A stretch of 64,000 nucleotides of DNA, from NCBI GenBank assembly GCA_021081985.1, contig GCA_021081985.1_3639.1; one strand, given 5' to 3'. Below, in pieces: positions 16,487 to 26,011 of the stretch (its first letter is position 1; each line of letters opens with the position of its first letter). Made by a program: the position numbers and the translations under genes. The notes under the pieces were generated by a model that was not told where the DNA came from, did not search any database, and saw only the letters and a list, made by a program, of their open reading frames with translations. The stretch comes from a phage.

Positions 16487-17848
16487 AAGATGTTGCATGT
16501 TTTCAAAAAAGAAGATTTTCAAAGAGAGTATGACATTTTGTGCTCTTTTATACCAAAAGGTGTTTATGATTTATTGTCAAAGCTGGATGTTAAGATAGCT
16601 GGCGGTGCAATAACCTCTTTGTTCTCTAATAGTAAAGTCAACGATCTTGATTTGTATTTCCCATCTTGGGAAAGCCTTGAGATATTCATTGCGTACATGA
16701 TGGATAAAAGACTCTTGTCAGGGAAATATGATTTGTCTAAGAAAACAAATGGCTGGGCGTCAGATCAAAAAATAGCATTTAGGCATTTCTATAAACTTGA
16801 TCACGGTGATCCAGCATTTTCAAATTTTACAGATCCTCTTTCTATAGGTAGAGAATATGACAATGAATACGATTATTTATGTGATGAAGATGATAATTTG
16901 CCAACCATGAAAAAGGTTGGTGTGACAGATAAGAGTGTGATGTTTTACTTTGGACAAGAGCCTGTCTTTCAATGTGTGGCTGTGGATGTGTTCAAAACAA
17001 CAGAAGACATCTTTAGCAAATTTGATTTTACAATAAATATGGGTGCTTTTAACTTCAAAGATGGTGTGTGGGAATTTAATAGCAATTTCTTAAAACATAT
17101 TGCTCAAAGAGTTTTGGTTGTAAATCATAAAACTGAATACCCGATTATGTCACTTTTGAGATCTGAAAAATACAAATCTCGTGGCTATACAATTTCGAAA
17201 AAAGAGACAATGAAACTGGCTATGACCATTGCTAACCTTCAGATAGAAGGTTGGGAATCGGCAAAGTCACATCTTAGCGGGATGTACGGAATGAAACTGT
17301 CAGATATTTTTGATGAGACAAAACAGTTTTCACTTGATTCTTTGGTTGAGTGCCTAGACAGATTAGAATCTTGTTGCCAGCAGGTAGACAAAAATGTTAC
17401 CCCTGTGCAACCGTTGCCGTTTAATGATGTATCTAAAGTTAATATGTTTAATATTTTTCAAAGATTAAGAAAAGCAACAGGCAGGAAATACTTTACAAAA
17501 CTATATGGGGTTTGTCCTGCTGAAGTTTTCTATCTTATGATGCCAACAAAAGATACACATTATGTTGGGCTTTACAAAGAAGATATAGCAAATAATTTTC
17601 CCACTCTCAGACTTTATGTTGATGAGAAGAAGGCAAGAGAATATTACGAATACCTGTGTGAGTGTGGTAAGACAGATGGTTATGGATGCCTAATGTATAA
17701 ACCTGGGGCAGTTCTCTTAGATGTCTCAATAAGTGATCCATCTAAGATGCAATACGATATCATAACTGATGAGATTAATATTTATGAAAACAGAAAAACA
17801 ACATTGAAAATTGAAAACATTATTGTGTGTGATGGGGATATATCATGA
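16487..17848 (+). CDS. hypothetical protein, possible Pol-beta-type nucleotidyltransferase fold
   Basis: ORF track 16409..17848 starts inside the terminator; likely start is ATG at 16487 with RBS AAGGAT. N-terminal GGAITSLFSNSKVNDLDLYF fits the G[GS]-x9-13-DxD signature. Confidence 0.45.
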   Translation, partial: KMLHVFKKEDFQREYDILCSFIPKGVYDLLSKLDVKIAGGAITSLFSNSKVNDLDLYFPSWESLEIFIAYMMDKRLLSGKYDLSKKTNGWASDQKIAFRHFYKLDHGDPAFSNFTDPLSIGREYDNEYDYLCDEDDNLPTMKKVGVTDKSVMFYFGQEPVFQCVAVDVFKTTEDIFSKFDFTINMGAFNFKDGVWEFNSNFLKHIAQRVLVVNHKTEYPIMSLLRSEKYKSRGYTISKKETMKLAMTIANLQIEGWESAKSHLSGMYGMKLSDIFDETKQFSLDSLVECLDRLESCCQQVDKNVTPVQPLPFNDVSKVNMFNIFQRLRKATGRKYFTKLYGVCPAEVFYLMMPTKDTHYVGLYKEDIANNFPTLRLYVDEKKAREYYEYLCECGKTDGYGCLMYKPGAVLLDVSISDPSKMQYDIITDEINIYENRKTTLKIENIIVCDGDIS

Positions 17849-18246
17849 TATGGTTTAAAACGCTGTTAACTTTCTTTTCTAGGAACATAAAACAGATAGG
17901 TGTTGTTTTGTGTTGTGTGGTTCTCGTCTGTGGTATCTTGGGGATAAAACATTGGTATAATGACCAGTTAACATCGTCCTACAACGCAGGTGTCAGCGAC
18001 ACGGATCTTAAATGGGAGAGGATTAACCAGCAAGTTAGAGATCACAACAACGCTTTTAAAAAACAACAGCAGGATAAGATCGATGAGTTGTCAACCATGT
18101 TGGTGAAAGAGAGAGAAATTAATAACCAACTGAAAGAAGACCTTGATAAAAAGGTTAAAAGTTATAGCAAAACACAAGCAGGAAAACAGGTTTGCCTCGA
18201 TAACCAGTTTGTTGATATCTATAACGACAGTTTGGGGTCTAAATGA
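17845..18246 (+). CDS. i-spanin-like protein
   Basis: 133 aa; N-terminal transmembrane helix then charged coiled-coil; 4-nt overlap with a lipoprotein gene. Confidence 0.5.
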   Translation: MIWFKTLLTFFSRNIKQIGVVLCCVVLVCGILGIKHWYNDQLTSSYNAGVSDTDLKWERINQQVRDHNNAFKKQQQDKIDELSTMLVKEREINNQLKEDLDKKVKSYSKTQAGKQVCLDNQFVDIYNDSLGSK

Positions 18247-18536
18247 AAAAGTATGTTATCATGGTTCCTTTTCTATTGTTTATGTTAACAGGGTGCACTT
18301 CACCACCTGAGAGAGTTGTTCCTGTTGCAAAAGAGATCATAATAAGCGATATCCTAGCAAGACCACCCGCTGAAGCTATGATACCACCGAAAGAACCTGA
18401 AAAATTGCCAGGTGGTCTTAGTAATGCAGATGCTATCGAGGTGATTAAGAAAAACAACATTAAGGCTGCTGAAGATCGTATGAAATTAAGAACGTTACAG
18501 CAGTATGTAAAGACAATATTTTCTTCAGACAAATAG
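18243..18536 (+). CDS. o-spanin-like outer-membrane lipoprotein
   Basis: 97 aa; signal peptide with lipobox LTGC, Pro-rich mature region. Confidence 0.55.
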   Translation: MKKYVIMVPFLLFMLTGCTSPPERVVPVAKEIIISDILARPPAEAMIPPKEPEKLPGGLSNADAIEVIKKNNIKAAEDRMKLRTLQQYVKTIFSSDK

Positions 18537-18544
18537 TTGACAAT

Positions 18545-18577
18545 GCCCTTATTTAATGATAAGGGCTTTATTTTTAT
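18545..18577 (+). terminator. rho-independent terminator
   Basis: GCCCTTAT-ttaatg-ATAAGGGC followed by TTTATTTTTAT. Confidence 0.6.
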
Positions 18578-18631
18578 CGTGATTCGTGGTAAACTACCTC
18601 CTATGGTAGGAATAGAAAATATGGAGGTCTT

Positions 18632-19978
18632 TTGAGTAAAGTATTTGGACCTGCCAGTCCTAAACAAAAAATGATTTTGGAGAGTAAAGCCCAAATTCTA
18701 ATAATTGGCGGGGCCGCCGGGTGTTTGTCTAAAGACCACGAGGTGTTGACACCATCTGGCTGGATTAAGATATCAGAATGGTCAGGACAGGACATTCTGC
18801 AATATGATAAAGCCACTGGGGAGGCTAAATTTATCCCTCCTTTAGAGTTTGTTAAACTCCCTTGTGAAAAACTTACAAGAATAGAAGGTAATGGTATTTG
18901 TCAAGAGCTATCTGACGAACATACTGTGATTTATAAACCAGACTATAAATCACAGCCAAGAACACTTTCTTTTTCTGAAGTGGCAGAAAGACATAACAAC
19001 TCTGTTAAAAAAGGTTGGACAGGTAAGTTCATAACTACATTTAACTATGATGGGCCTGGGATAGACATGACAGAAGGGGAATTAAGGCTTCAGGTTGCTG
19101 TCATGGCTGATGGGAGAGTTGTTAAAGAAGGGAAAGATAATTATACACAGATGCGCTTTGCTAAAAAGCGTAAATATGACCGCTTAATCGAACTTTGTAA
19201 AAAGTTTGGATTAAGATATGAAGATAGAGGATCAAAACCCAGTGAAAGATATACCACTGGGGAACAGTACGAGGTCATTGTATGGCCTAAATATCCTGAT
19301 AAAAAATTTACAGAGAAATACTATCAGTGTTCAAATGAACAACTGGAGATAATACTTGATGAGATTTTTCATTGGGATGGTTCTTTTTGTAAGCCATATG
19401 GCGGTAAAACACATAATAGCTTTACAGGTAGATATTTTACTGCTCATAAGACGAACGCTGATTTTGTTCAGTTTATAGGATCTTCTCTTGGTTATAATAC
19501 CACCATAAGCCATGATACAAGAAGTGGAAAGGACAGTTATACTGTTAATATTATGGCTAGAGGAAAAGGATTAAGGTCACTGGCTAATAAAGACAGAAAA
19601 GCTGAGTTTAAAGAGTTTATACCTACGGATGGGTTTAAATACTGCTTTGTAACACAAACAGGTTTCTTTGTTACCAGACTAGAAGATTGTGTGGTTGTCA
19701 CTGGGAATAGTGGAAAATCATATCTCCTACAATTGATGCCGCTTGCTTATGTCGATGACCCGCAGACAGCATGTATAATGTTTCGTAGGACAACACCTCA
19801 ATTGACAGGTGCAGGTGGACTTTTTGATACAGCGAAAAGTATTTATTTGCAACTCGATAAGGAATGGAAGCCGAAGTTCAGGGAGAAAGCTCTGGAAGCA
19901 ATTTTCCCATCTGGGGCAAAGGTGTTGTGGAGACACATGGAGTATGAGAATAACAAATTAGATCATCAGGGTGAATAG
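18632..19978 (+). CDS. terL: terminase large subunit, 5' part (N-extein, intein, C-extein segment)
   Basis: TTG start with RBS GGAGG; Walker A split as IIGGAAG | intein | SGKSYLL; translation stops at 19978 where the putative intron begins. Confidence 0.75.
   Translation: MSKVFGPASPKQKMILESKAQILIIGGAAGCLSKDHEVLTPSGWIKISEWSGQDILQYDKATGEAKFIPPLEFVKLPCEKLTRIEGNGICQELSDEHTVIYKPDYKSQPRTLSFSEVAERHNNSVKKGWTGKFITTFNYDGPGIDMTEGELRLQVAVMADGRVVKEGKDNYTQMRFAKKRKYDRLIELCKKFGLRYEDRGSKPSERYTTGEQYEVIVWPKYPDKKFTEKYYQCSNEQLEIILDEIFHWDGSFCKPYGGKTHNSFTGRYFTAHKTNADFVQFIGSSLGYNTTISHDTRSGKDSYTVNIMARGKGLRSLANKDRKAEFKEFIPTDGFKYCFVTQTGFFVTRLEDCVVVTGNSGKSYLLQLMPLAYVDDPQTACIMFRRTTPQLTGAGGLFDTAKSIYLQLDKEWKPKFREKALEAIFPSGAKVLWRHMEYENNKLDHQGE
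18722..19708 (+). mobile_element. intein in terminase P-loop (329 aa), with LAGLIDADG-like endonuclease motifs
   Basis: Begins CLSKDHEVLT (block A-like Cys1), ends VVVTGN followed by Ser+1; internal LQVAVMADGRV and LDEIFHWDGS; flanking residues reconstitute GGAAGSGKS. Confidence 0.7.
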
Positions 19979-21162
19979 CTTGCCCTTCGTGCCTATAACG
20001 GTGGAACTCCCTATGGGAAAATACCGTGCCACAGAATATGGAAATATAAAATCTGGGTGTAACGACTATCTCCGATGAGTGTAGGAGAGTAGAATCACAA
20101 GCGATTGGTGATCCAAACGGCACGCCAAGGATGGAAGATATAGTCTGTTCCACATGGAAACATGTGGCGGGTGTTTTAGCACACCGCCTCAGTGTAGCGA
20201 ACTGAGGGGACAATAAGTTGCAGTATACCTTTATAGGTTTTGATGAGGGTTGGTATTAGCTCTCTTTAAACCTCCCTAATTGTCGGGGAAACCTTTATTG
20301 TTTACATAACCAAGCAAATGTGGTAACATGTTTGTGGCCTACACTAACTATGTAGGGTATGGTAATATCATGTAAAATTAGGTAATCCGCAGCGAAGCAT
20401 CCCTATGGGATGAACGTTCAACGACTATCGCTTACGGGCGTTAGGGCCAAGCGGTGAGGGAAACCTCCAGTCTTTCAGACTGCCGAAATGGGAGGATATT
20501 TGCGTAATAATATTAAAAAATGTGTTGACTGCCATAGAGAACTTCCTCTTGATAAATTTTTTCTTTCATCAAAAAGTAGTGATGGATATTCTGGAGCTTG
20601 TAAAGAATGCTACATGTATTATAGACTTAACAACTCCAGAAAGAATAAGGATATGATTAAGAAAGAGGATGCTGCCATGTTTATACAAGATTTGGTATCA
20701 TCTGGTGAACTTTTCGAATGCAAAACTTGCCGTAAGAAGTTTTTAGCTGATAATTTTTATACTAAGAGAGATTATGGTAAAGTGTATCTTGCAACAAATA
20801 GATGTAAAAGATGTGAAAAGTTTTACCAAATAGAGAGAAAGTTTGGCATCTCTGAGGAATATTACTTTTCAATGTTGGAAAGGCAGGGGTTTAAGTGCGA
20901 GATATGTAAAATACCTTTGGAAGATTATAAAAATCAAGGGTATAGAGATTTTTTCTCCGTAGATCATGACCATAAGACAGGGAAGATTAGAGGTTTGTTA
21001 TGCGATAAGTGTAACAGGGCTTTGGGATTTTTCGGAGAAAATGAGGAAACACTTTTAAATGCCGCAGAATATATACGCAAATATAAGATATAGTCTGGTC
21101 TGCATGGTGACATGCAGCAGCACGTAGTGGTGCGGGATAAGAGTAGCGATCTTATCTGAACA
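19979..21162 (+). mobile_element. putative group I intron carrying an HNH homing endonuclease ORF
   Basis: Non-coding structured flanks around the HNH ORF; 38-nt core (20383-20420) and 3' segment (21114-21162) nearly identical to sequences in the DNA polymerase interruption; terminase frame reopens right after an in-frame TGA at about 21160. Boundaries approximate. Confidence 0.5.
20488..21093 (+). CDS. HNH homing endonuclease
   Basis: 201 aa; Cys-rich N-terminus and HNH motif SVDHDHKTGKIRGLLCDKCN. Confidence 0.8.
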   Translation: MGGYLRNNIKKCVDCHRELPLDKFFLSSKSSDGYSGACKECYMYYRLNNSRKNKDMIKKEDAAMFIQDLVSSGELFECKTCRKKFLADNFYTKRDYGKVYLATNRCKRCEKFYQIERKFGISEEYYFSMLERQGFKCEICKIPLEDYKNQGYRDFFSVDHDHKTGKIRGLLCDKCNRALGFFGENEETLLNAAEYIRKYKI

Positions 21163-21240
21163 AAAACGACACAATTCACATGGTCACAGATAGATTATCT
21201 GATATCTCGTCTACGTTCAAACTCTAAATATCCGAGCAGG

Positions 21241-22281
21241 ATGGTTATCTCTTGTAACCCTGATCCAGATCATAAGATTAAAGAGTTGATTTCTTGGTAT
21301 TTAGACGATGAGGGGTATCCTATACCTGAACGTGACGGGGTGATTAGATGGTTTATAAGACGTGACGGGGAGTTTATCTGGGGTGAATCAGAGCAAGAAT
21401 TAATTGAAAAGTATTGGGATGGCAAGGATGAGAAAAGAAAGCCTAAACCACTTTCATTTTCCTTCATTTCCGCAACAATATTCGATAATCCTCCCATGCT
21501 GGAGAATAACCCAGATTATCTAGCATTCCTTGAAGGTCTTCCAGAGGTAGAAAAAGCCCAGTTATTGCATGGAAACTGGAACGCAAGACCTGAAGGGGCA
21601 AACTATTTCCAGAGATCTTATTTAAAAGAGGTTCCCTGCTTACCTCTCGGTGTTGTATCTGTTCGTCCGTATGATAAAGCAGGTACAGAAAGAACATCTG
21701 GAAACAGATATCCTGACTTTACAGCATCTGTTAAGGTAAGTAAAGACAATGATGGTTTTTACTACTTGTCTGGTGATTATTGTCCTGAATTTTTTGATGA
21801 TGGTAGATATTCGACTCAAACGCAGGGAAGATTCTGTAAAAAAGCTGGGGAACGTGATGTTATCATTAAGAAACAGGCTTATTTTGATGGTGATGATGTC
21901 ACCATAATTTTCAGTGTTGACCCAGGACAAGCAGGAATAAGTGAATTTTTAACAAGCTCCCGTGAACTAATAGCGGAAGGGTTTACAGTAGAAAAAGATC
22001 CTACACCAAGCAATAAATCAAAATTAACACGATTCACACCGTTTGCAAAACTTGCTCAAGCAGGTATGGTGAGAATAGTTCGTGATAGTTTTGATCCTAA
22101 AACTTATGAAGCCCTTATGACAGAGCTTGAAAAGTTCAATGGGGAAAGGAGTACTACGACAAGAAAAGACGATTGGGTCGACGCCATTTCTTCTGGGATA
22201 AATTATCTTGAAAAAGAAGAAATAGTCAAACCTGTTGTTATTCCAAAAATTGTAGCTCCTACCTTGTATAAAAGAATATAA
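21241..22281 (+). CDS. terL: terminase large subunit, 3' part
   Basis: 346 aa from first ATG; reading frame is open upstream to about 21163, so the true exon probably starts there without its own start codon. Confidence 0.7.
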   Translation: MVISCNPDPDHKIKELISWYLDDEGYPIPERDGVIRWFIRRDGEFIWGESEQELIEKYWDGKDEKRKPKPLSFSFISATIFDNPPMLENNPDYLAFLEGLPEVEKAQLLHGNWNARPEGANYFQRSYLKEVPCLPLGVVSVRPYDKAGTERTSGNRYPDFTASVKVSKDNDGFYYLSGDYCPEFFDDGRYSTQTQGRFCKKAGERDVIIKKQAYFDGDDVTIIFSVDPGQAGISEFLTSSRELIAEGFTVEKDPTPSNKSKLTRFTPFAKLAQAGMVRIVRDSFDPKTYEALMTELEKFNGERSTTTRKDDWVDAISSGINYLEKEEIVKPVVIPKIVAPTLYKRI

Positions 22282-22296
22282 CAGAGGGGATAATTC

Positions 22297-23838
22297 GTGT
22301 CAACAAGATTTGCACAACAAGAAGAGATTTCTAAAGCAGGTAATGAGAGACTTGCTGTTAGTCGTCTTCGCACCGGAGAGTTAGGCTCTGGTGCTCTTTC
22401 TCAACTTAGGGCTGAATCAGAAATTATGAAAGTTAAGGAGTTGAGATGGCCTAATTTCATCGCCACTGTTGAAGCCATGAAGCAAGACCATACAGTTTCC
22501 ACAGCCCTTGATACAAAGTATGTCTTTGTAACCAAAGCATTCAATGACTTTAAAATCTTGTACAACAGAGATAGCAGAAAATCTAAGAAAGCTGCTGAGT
22601 TTGTGGAGTATGCACTGAAGAATCTTGCTAATCAACAAACTCTGCGTGATATAGCCCGAAGCGCAGCAACGTTCAATGAGTATGGGTTTTCGATATTTGA
22701 AAAAGTTTATCGTACTGAGCCAGAGACTTCAAGGTATGCTGGGTATATTACGATTGATAAAATTGCATTCAGGCCACAGTGCAGTCTTTCTAGATCAAAG
22801 CCTTGGGTATTTGATGCCGATGGCAAGACGCTGAAGGGCATTAACCAAAGCAGTTTGGCTTTCTCTAATTTACAAAACGGAATGCTAGGTGACACTTTAA
22901 GCATTATACGTAAATTAACTAATGGTGATGATGTTTTTATTCCAGTTAATAAGTTGATGATAATGAGTTTGGGAGGTACAGAATCAAACCCGGCTGGGGT
23001 ATCACCATTAGTGGGTTGTTATAGGGCATTCCGAGAGAAGATCCTTATAGAAAATTTGGAGACTATTGGGGCATCTAAAGACCTTGGTGGTATCATAGAA
23101 CTTAAAATACCTTCCCAGATCCTTAATAAAGCAGCAATAGACCCAACATCACCAGAAGCTGCTATGGTGCAAGGATTAATGGCAGATGCTGCTAACGCAC
23201 ATGCTGGAGAACAAGCCTACTTTATTTTACCATCTGATCTCAATAACCAAGGTGGTAAACAATATGAAATGTCTCTCAAAGGGATAGATGGGGCAGGTAA
23301 ACAATACAGCACTCAAGAGCTTGTTAATTCTCGCAAGAAGGCCATTCTTGATCGCTTTGGTGCTGGGTTTATTAACTTAGGTAACGACGGGCAGGGATCT
23401 TATAATCTTTCAGAATCAAAACAGACTATTCATGGTCATTTTGTCCAGAGAGATATTGATATTATTACCGAGGCGTTCAATAAGAACTTAATACCCCAAC
23501 TTCTTGCTTTGAATGATATAAGATTATCTGACGAAGATATGCCTAGATTAAAACCTGGACTTATTCAAGAAGTTGATATGGAAGGGTTCTCTAAATTTGT
23601 TCAGCGTATTGGTGCTGTTGGGTACTTGCCTAAGACACCTACAGTTATTAATAAAATTCTTGAGGTTGGTGGTTTTGACGAAGAAATCCCAGAAGATATG
23701 GACCTTGAAGAGTTGTTGCAAATTCTTGGTCAGGATGTAAGTCGTTCTGGTGATGGGATGACTCCAGGGTCAACAGGTAACGGAACATCAAAAATATCAA
23801 CAGTGAGGGATAATTCTGTTTCTAATTTAGAGAATTAA
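22297..23838 (+). CDS. portal protein
   Basis: 513 aa, immediately downstream of terminase. Confidence 0.65.
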   Translation: MSTRFAQQEEISKAGNERLAVSRLRTGELGSGALSQLRAESEIMKVKELRWPNFIATVEAMKQDHTVSTALDTKYVFVTKAFNDFKILYNRDSRKSKKAAEFVEYALKNLANQQTLRDIARSAATFNEYGFSIFEKVYRTEPETSRYAGYITIDKIAFRPQCSLSRSKPWVFDADGKTLKGINQSSLAFSNLQNGMLGDTLSIIRKLTNGDDVFIPVNKLMIMSLGGTESNPAGVSPLVGCYRAFREKILIENLETIGASKDLGGIIELKIPSQILNKAAIDPTSPEAAMVQGLMADAANAHAGEQAYFILPSDLNNQGGKQYEMSLKGIDGAGKQYSTQELVNSRKKAILDRFGAGFINLGNDGQGSYNLSESKQTIHGHFVQRDIDIITEAFNKNLIPQLLALNDIRLSDEDMPRLKPGLIQEVDMEGFSKFVQRIGAVGYLPKTPTVINKILEVGGFDEEIPEDMDLEELLQILGQDVSRSGDGMTPGSTGNGTSKISTVRDNSVSNLEN

Positions 23839-23859
23839 CACCCAACCTTCTGAAATAAC

Positions 23860-24549
23860 TTGCAAAAGAAAAAGAACGATGTTAAAATAACTGTTAATGG
23901 GGAAATAATGAAATTTAAAAGCATTAAAGACCTTCCTTCATCAGTATCTGATCTGTCTCTTGTTCAAAAGAGCAAGATACTGAATATCGCTAATGGCCTG
24001 ATTGCTTCAGGCCATTCTCCAGAAATTTCTGTAGAAAAGGCTTCCGAGAGAGTTTTATCTCTAAATCTTAAAAAGAGTCTTAATAAAGAAACATCTGTAG
24101 TTAATATTCAAAAAGATGCGGAACAAATGATCTCTTATGAGGTTATTTATGAGCCAAACACTAAGGATGCCCATGGAGAGTGGATGTCTCCTGAAACGAT
24201 AGTAAAGGCAAAAGAATCCTACGATAAGGCACTCGCTGCTGGTTTGGTGAAAGAAAATTTATTCCATCTTAGTGAGACTGATGCATTCACTATTGAAAAA
24301 ACTTGGATTCAAGAAGAACTGGATGTTGTGGTCATTGGGACGGAACAGATAATTAAAGCAGGAACATGGGTAGCCAAGGTTAAGTATAATGATCCTGATT
24401 TGTGGAATTTGAAAAAAGCAAATGTTGTTGGTGGTTTAAGCATCCAGTGCTCTGGGCGTGTGGACACAGCAACAGGAGAAATAACAGATGTTGATTTCGG
24501 TATCGAATGTCTGGGTTATCTAGATGAAACAGAGGAAGAGGACGAATGA
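23860..24549 (+). CDS. head morphogenesis protein, possible prohead protease
   Basis: 229 aa between portal and scaffold; acidic C-terminus; assigned by position only. Confidence 0.3.
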   Translation: MQKKKNDVKITVNGEIMKFKSIKDLPSSVSDLSLVQKSKILNIANGLIASGHSPEISVEKASERVLSLNLKKSLNKETSVVNIQKDAEQMISYEVIYEPNTKDAHGEWMSPETIVKAKESYDKALAAGLVKENLFHLSETDAFTIEKTWIQEELDVVVIGTEQIIKAGTWVAKVKYNDPDLWNLKKANVVGGLSIQCSGRVDTATGEITDVDFGIECLGYLDETEEEDE

Positions 24550-25547
24550 CAATTGTAAAGGCCAAAGCCATTAAGGAGAAGGGTATTGCACTGTGTCATG
24601 AGCTTCAAGGGTATTCTGCTAATTTAAGACCAGTATCACTTCTTATGAAGTCTGATCTTAAACCCGAGCAGCTTACTAAAGACGTTATCAAAGCCCTCCA
24701 GCAAGTAACTGTTACAATGAGCTTTGAAGAATTTCTGCGTAGATTCTTCTACATGTGGCATGATGATGCAGAACTGCTGGCAAAACTTCTTGGTTTTGAA
24801 ACTGAACTTGAATACGATGCGGCGCAAAACCCTGATGATGAATTTATTGTGGCGTGGAATGCACAACATCAAGAATTTCTTGAAGAACGCGTGCAAGCAA
24901 TAACAATTGCTAAAGCTGCTCACGAAGGTAAAGAATTAGATCTCACTAAACAATATGAGTTGTTAAAATTACAACAATTGTTTGAAAAAGGTGTTGCAGA
25001 ATTAGGAGTCACTTTCGTAGAGGGTGATGATAAAGATCTCCAGGTGACTGGGGTCGTCAAAGAAGCAGGTTCAAATCCTGTAGTTGATAAATCCAAGAAA
25101 AAAGAGGAGACCTCAGTGTCTAATAATGTTGATGTTACCAAATCTCAGGAATATCTGGATCTGGTTAAAAAATTAGAAGAAGCTGAAGCCAAAGCTGCTA
25201 AAGCTGATGAAATTATCAAAGCTGCTGTTGAAGTGGAAAAGAAAGAAGCTCTGAATAAAGCAAAAACTTTCACTTTCGCTGCTGACTCTGATCATGAAGC
25301 ACTGGCTAACTTTATTATCGAGAAAGCTAATGCTCCTGTGGTGGCTATTCTGGAAAAAGCACAGGCTCGTATTCAGGAGCTTGAAGAAGAAGTTAAGACT
25401 GTGAAAAAAGAATTTGCTACCGCTGAACATGGCTCCGGTGCTGAAGCTACTACAGACGACATTAATAAGTCTGCTGAAGATATTCTGAAAGCCAACGTAG
25501 AAAAAGCTCGCGCCCGTGCACGCGAAGCGGCTGCAATGAACGCGTAA
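24546..25547 (+). CDS. scaffolding protein
   Basis: 333 aa, Ala/Glu/Lys-rich coiled-coil (EEAEAKAAKADEIIKAAVEVEKK), directly upstream of capsid genes. Confidence 0.55.
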   Translation: MTIVKAKAIKEKGIALCHELQGYSANLRPVSLLMKSDLKPEQLTKDVIKALQQVTVTMSFEEFLRRFFYMWHDDAELLAKLLGFETELEYDAAQNPDDEFIVAWNAQHQEFLEERVQAITIAKAAHEGKELDLTKQYELLKLQQLFEKGVAELGVTFVEGDDKDLQVTGVVKEAGSNPVVDKSKKKEETSVSNNVDVTKSQEYLDLVKKLEEAEAKAAKADEIIKAAVEVEKKEALNKAKTFTFAADSDHEALANFIIEKANAPVVAILEKAQARIQELEEEVKTVKKEFATAEHGSGAEATTDDINKSAEDILKANVEKARARAREAAAMNA

Positions 25548-25565
25548 TTCGAGGAGATTAAATAA

Positions 25566-25988
25566 ATGGCTAATCCAATTCAAGGTTTCTACTCTGACAT
25601 TGTACTGGGTAAAGTTGATTCTTCTGACCAAGGCTATAGCTTCAAGGAAATGGAGATTCAGTACGCAGCAGGTATGAAAGCAGGTATGATCGTTAAAGAA
25701 GACGGTACTCTGGTCGCTTCTGGAAGTGGTACAGATGCTTATGGTGTTCTTGTTGACCATGATCTTGTGCCTGCTTACGAGCCAGTTACCCCGTACAAAG
25801 TAGGAACCAAATATAATTTTGTTGTTGCTGTTCGTGGCGTTACTCTGAATAAGTCCAAGATTGTGTTCTCCGACGGTTCCACTGGAATTGACGAGACTGC
25901 TATTAAAGCTCTTGAGGCAAGAGGTCTGAAAATCACCGATAAATATTACGATGGTTCTGAAGATATTAAAGTAACGGCTATCAGCTAA
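25566..25988 (+). CDS. head decoration-like protein
   Basis: 140 aa between scaffold and major capsid gene, lambda D-like position. Confidence 0.4.
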   Translation: MANPIQGFYSDIVLGKVDSSDQGYSFKEMEIQYAAGMKAGMIVKEDGTLVASGSGTDAYGVLVDHDLVPAYEPVTPYKVGTKYNFVVAVRGVTLNKSKIVFSDGSTGIDETAIKALEARGLKITDKYYDGSEDIKVTAIS

Positions 25989-26011
25989 TTTGCATCAAGG
26001 AGAATTTATAA

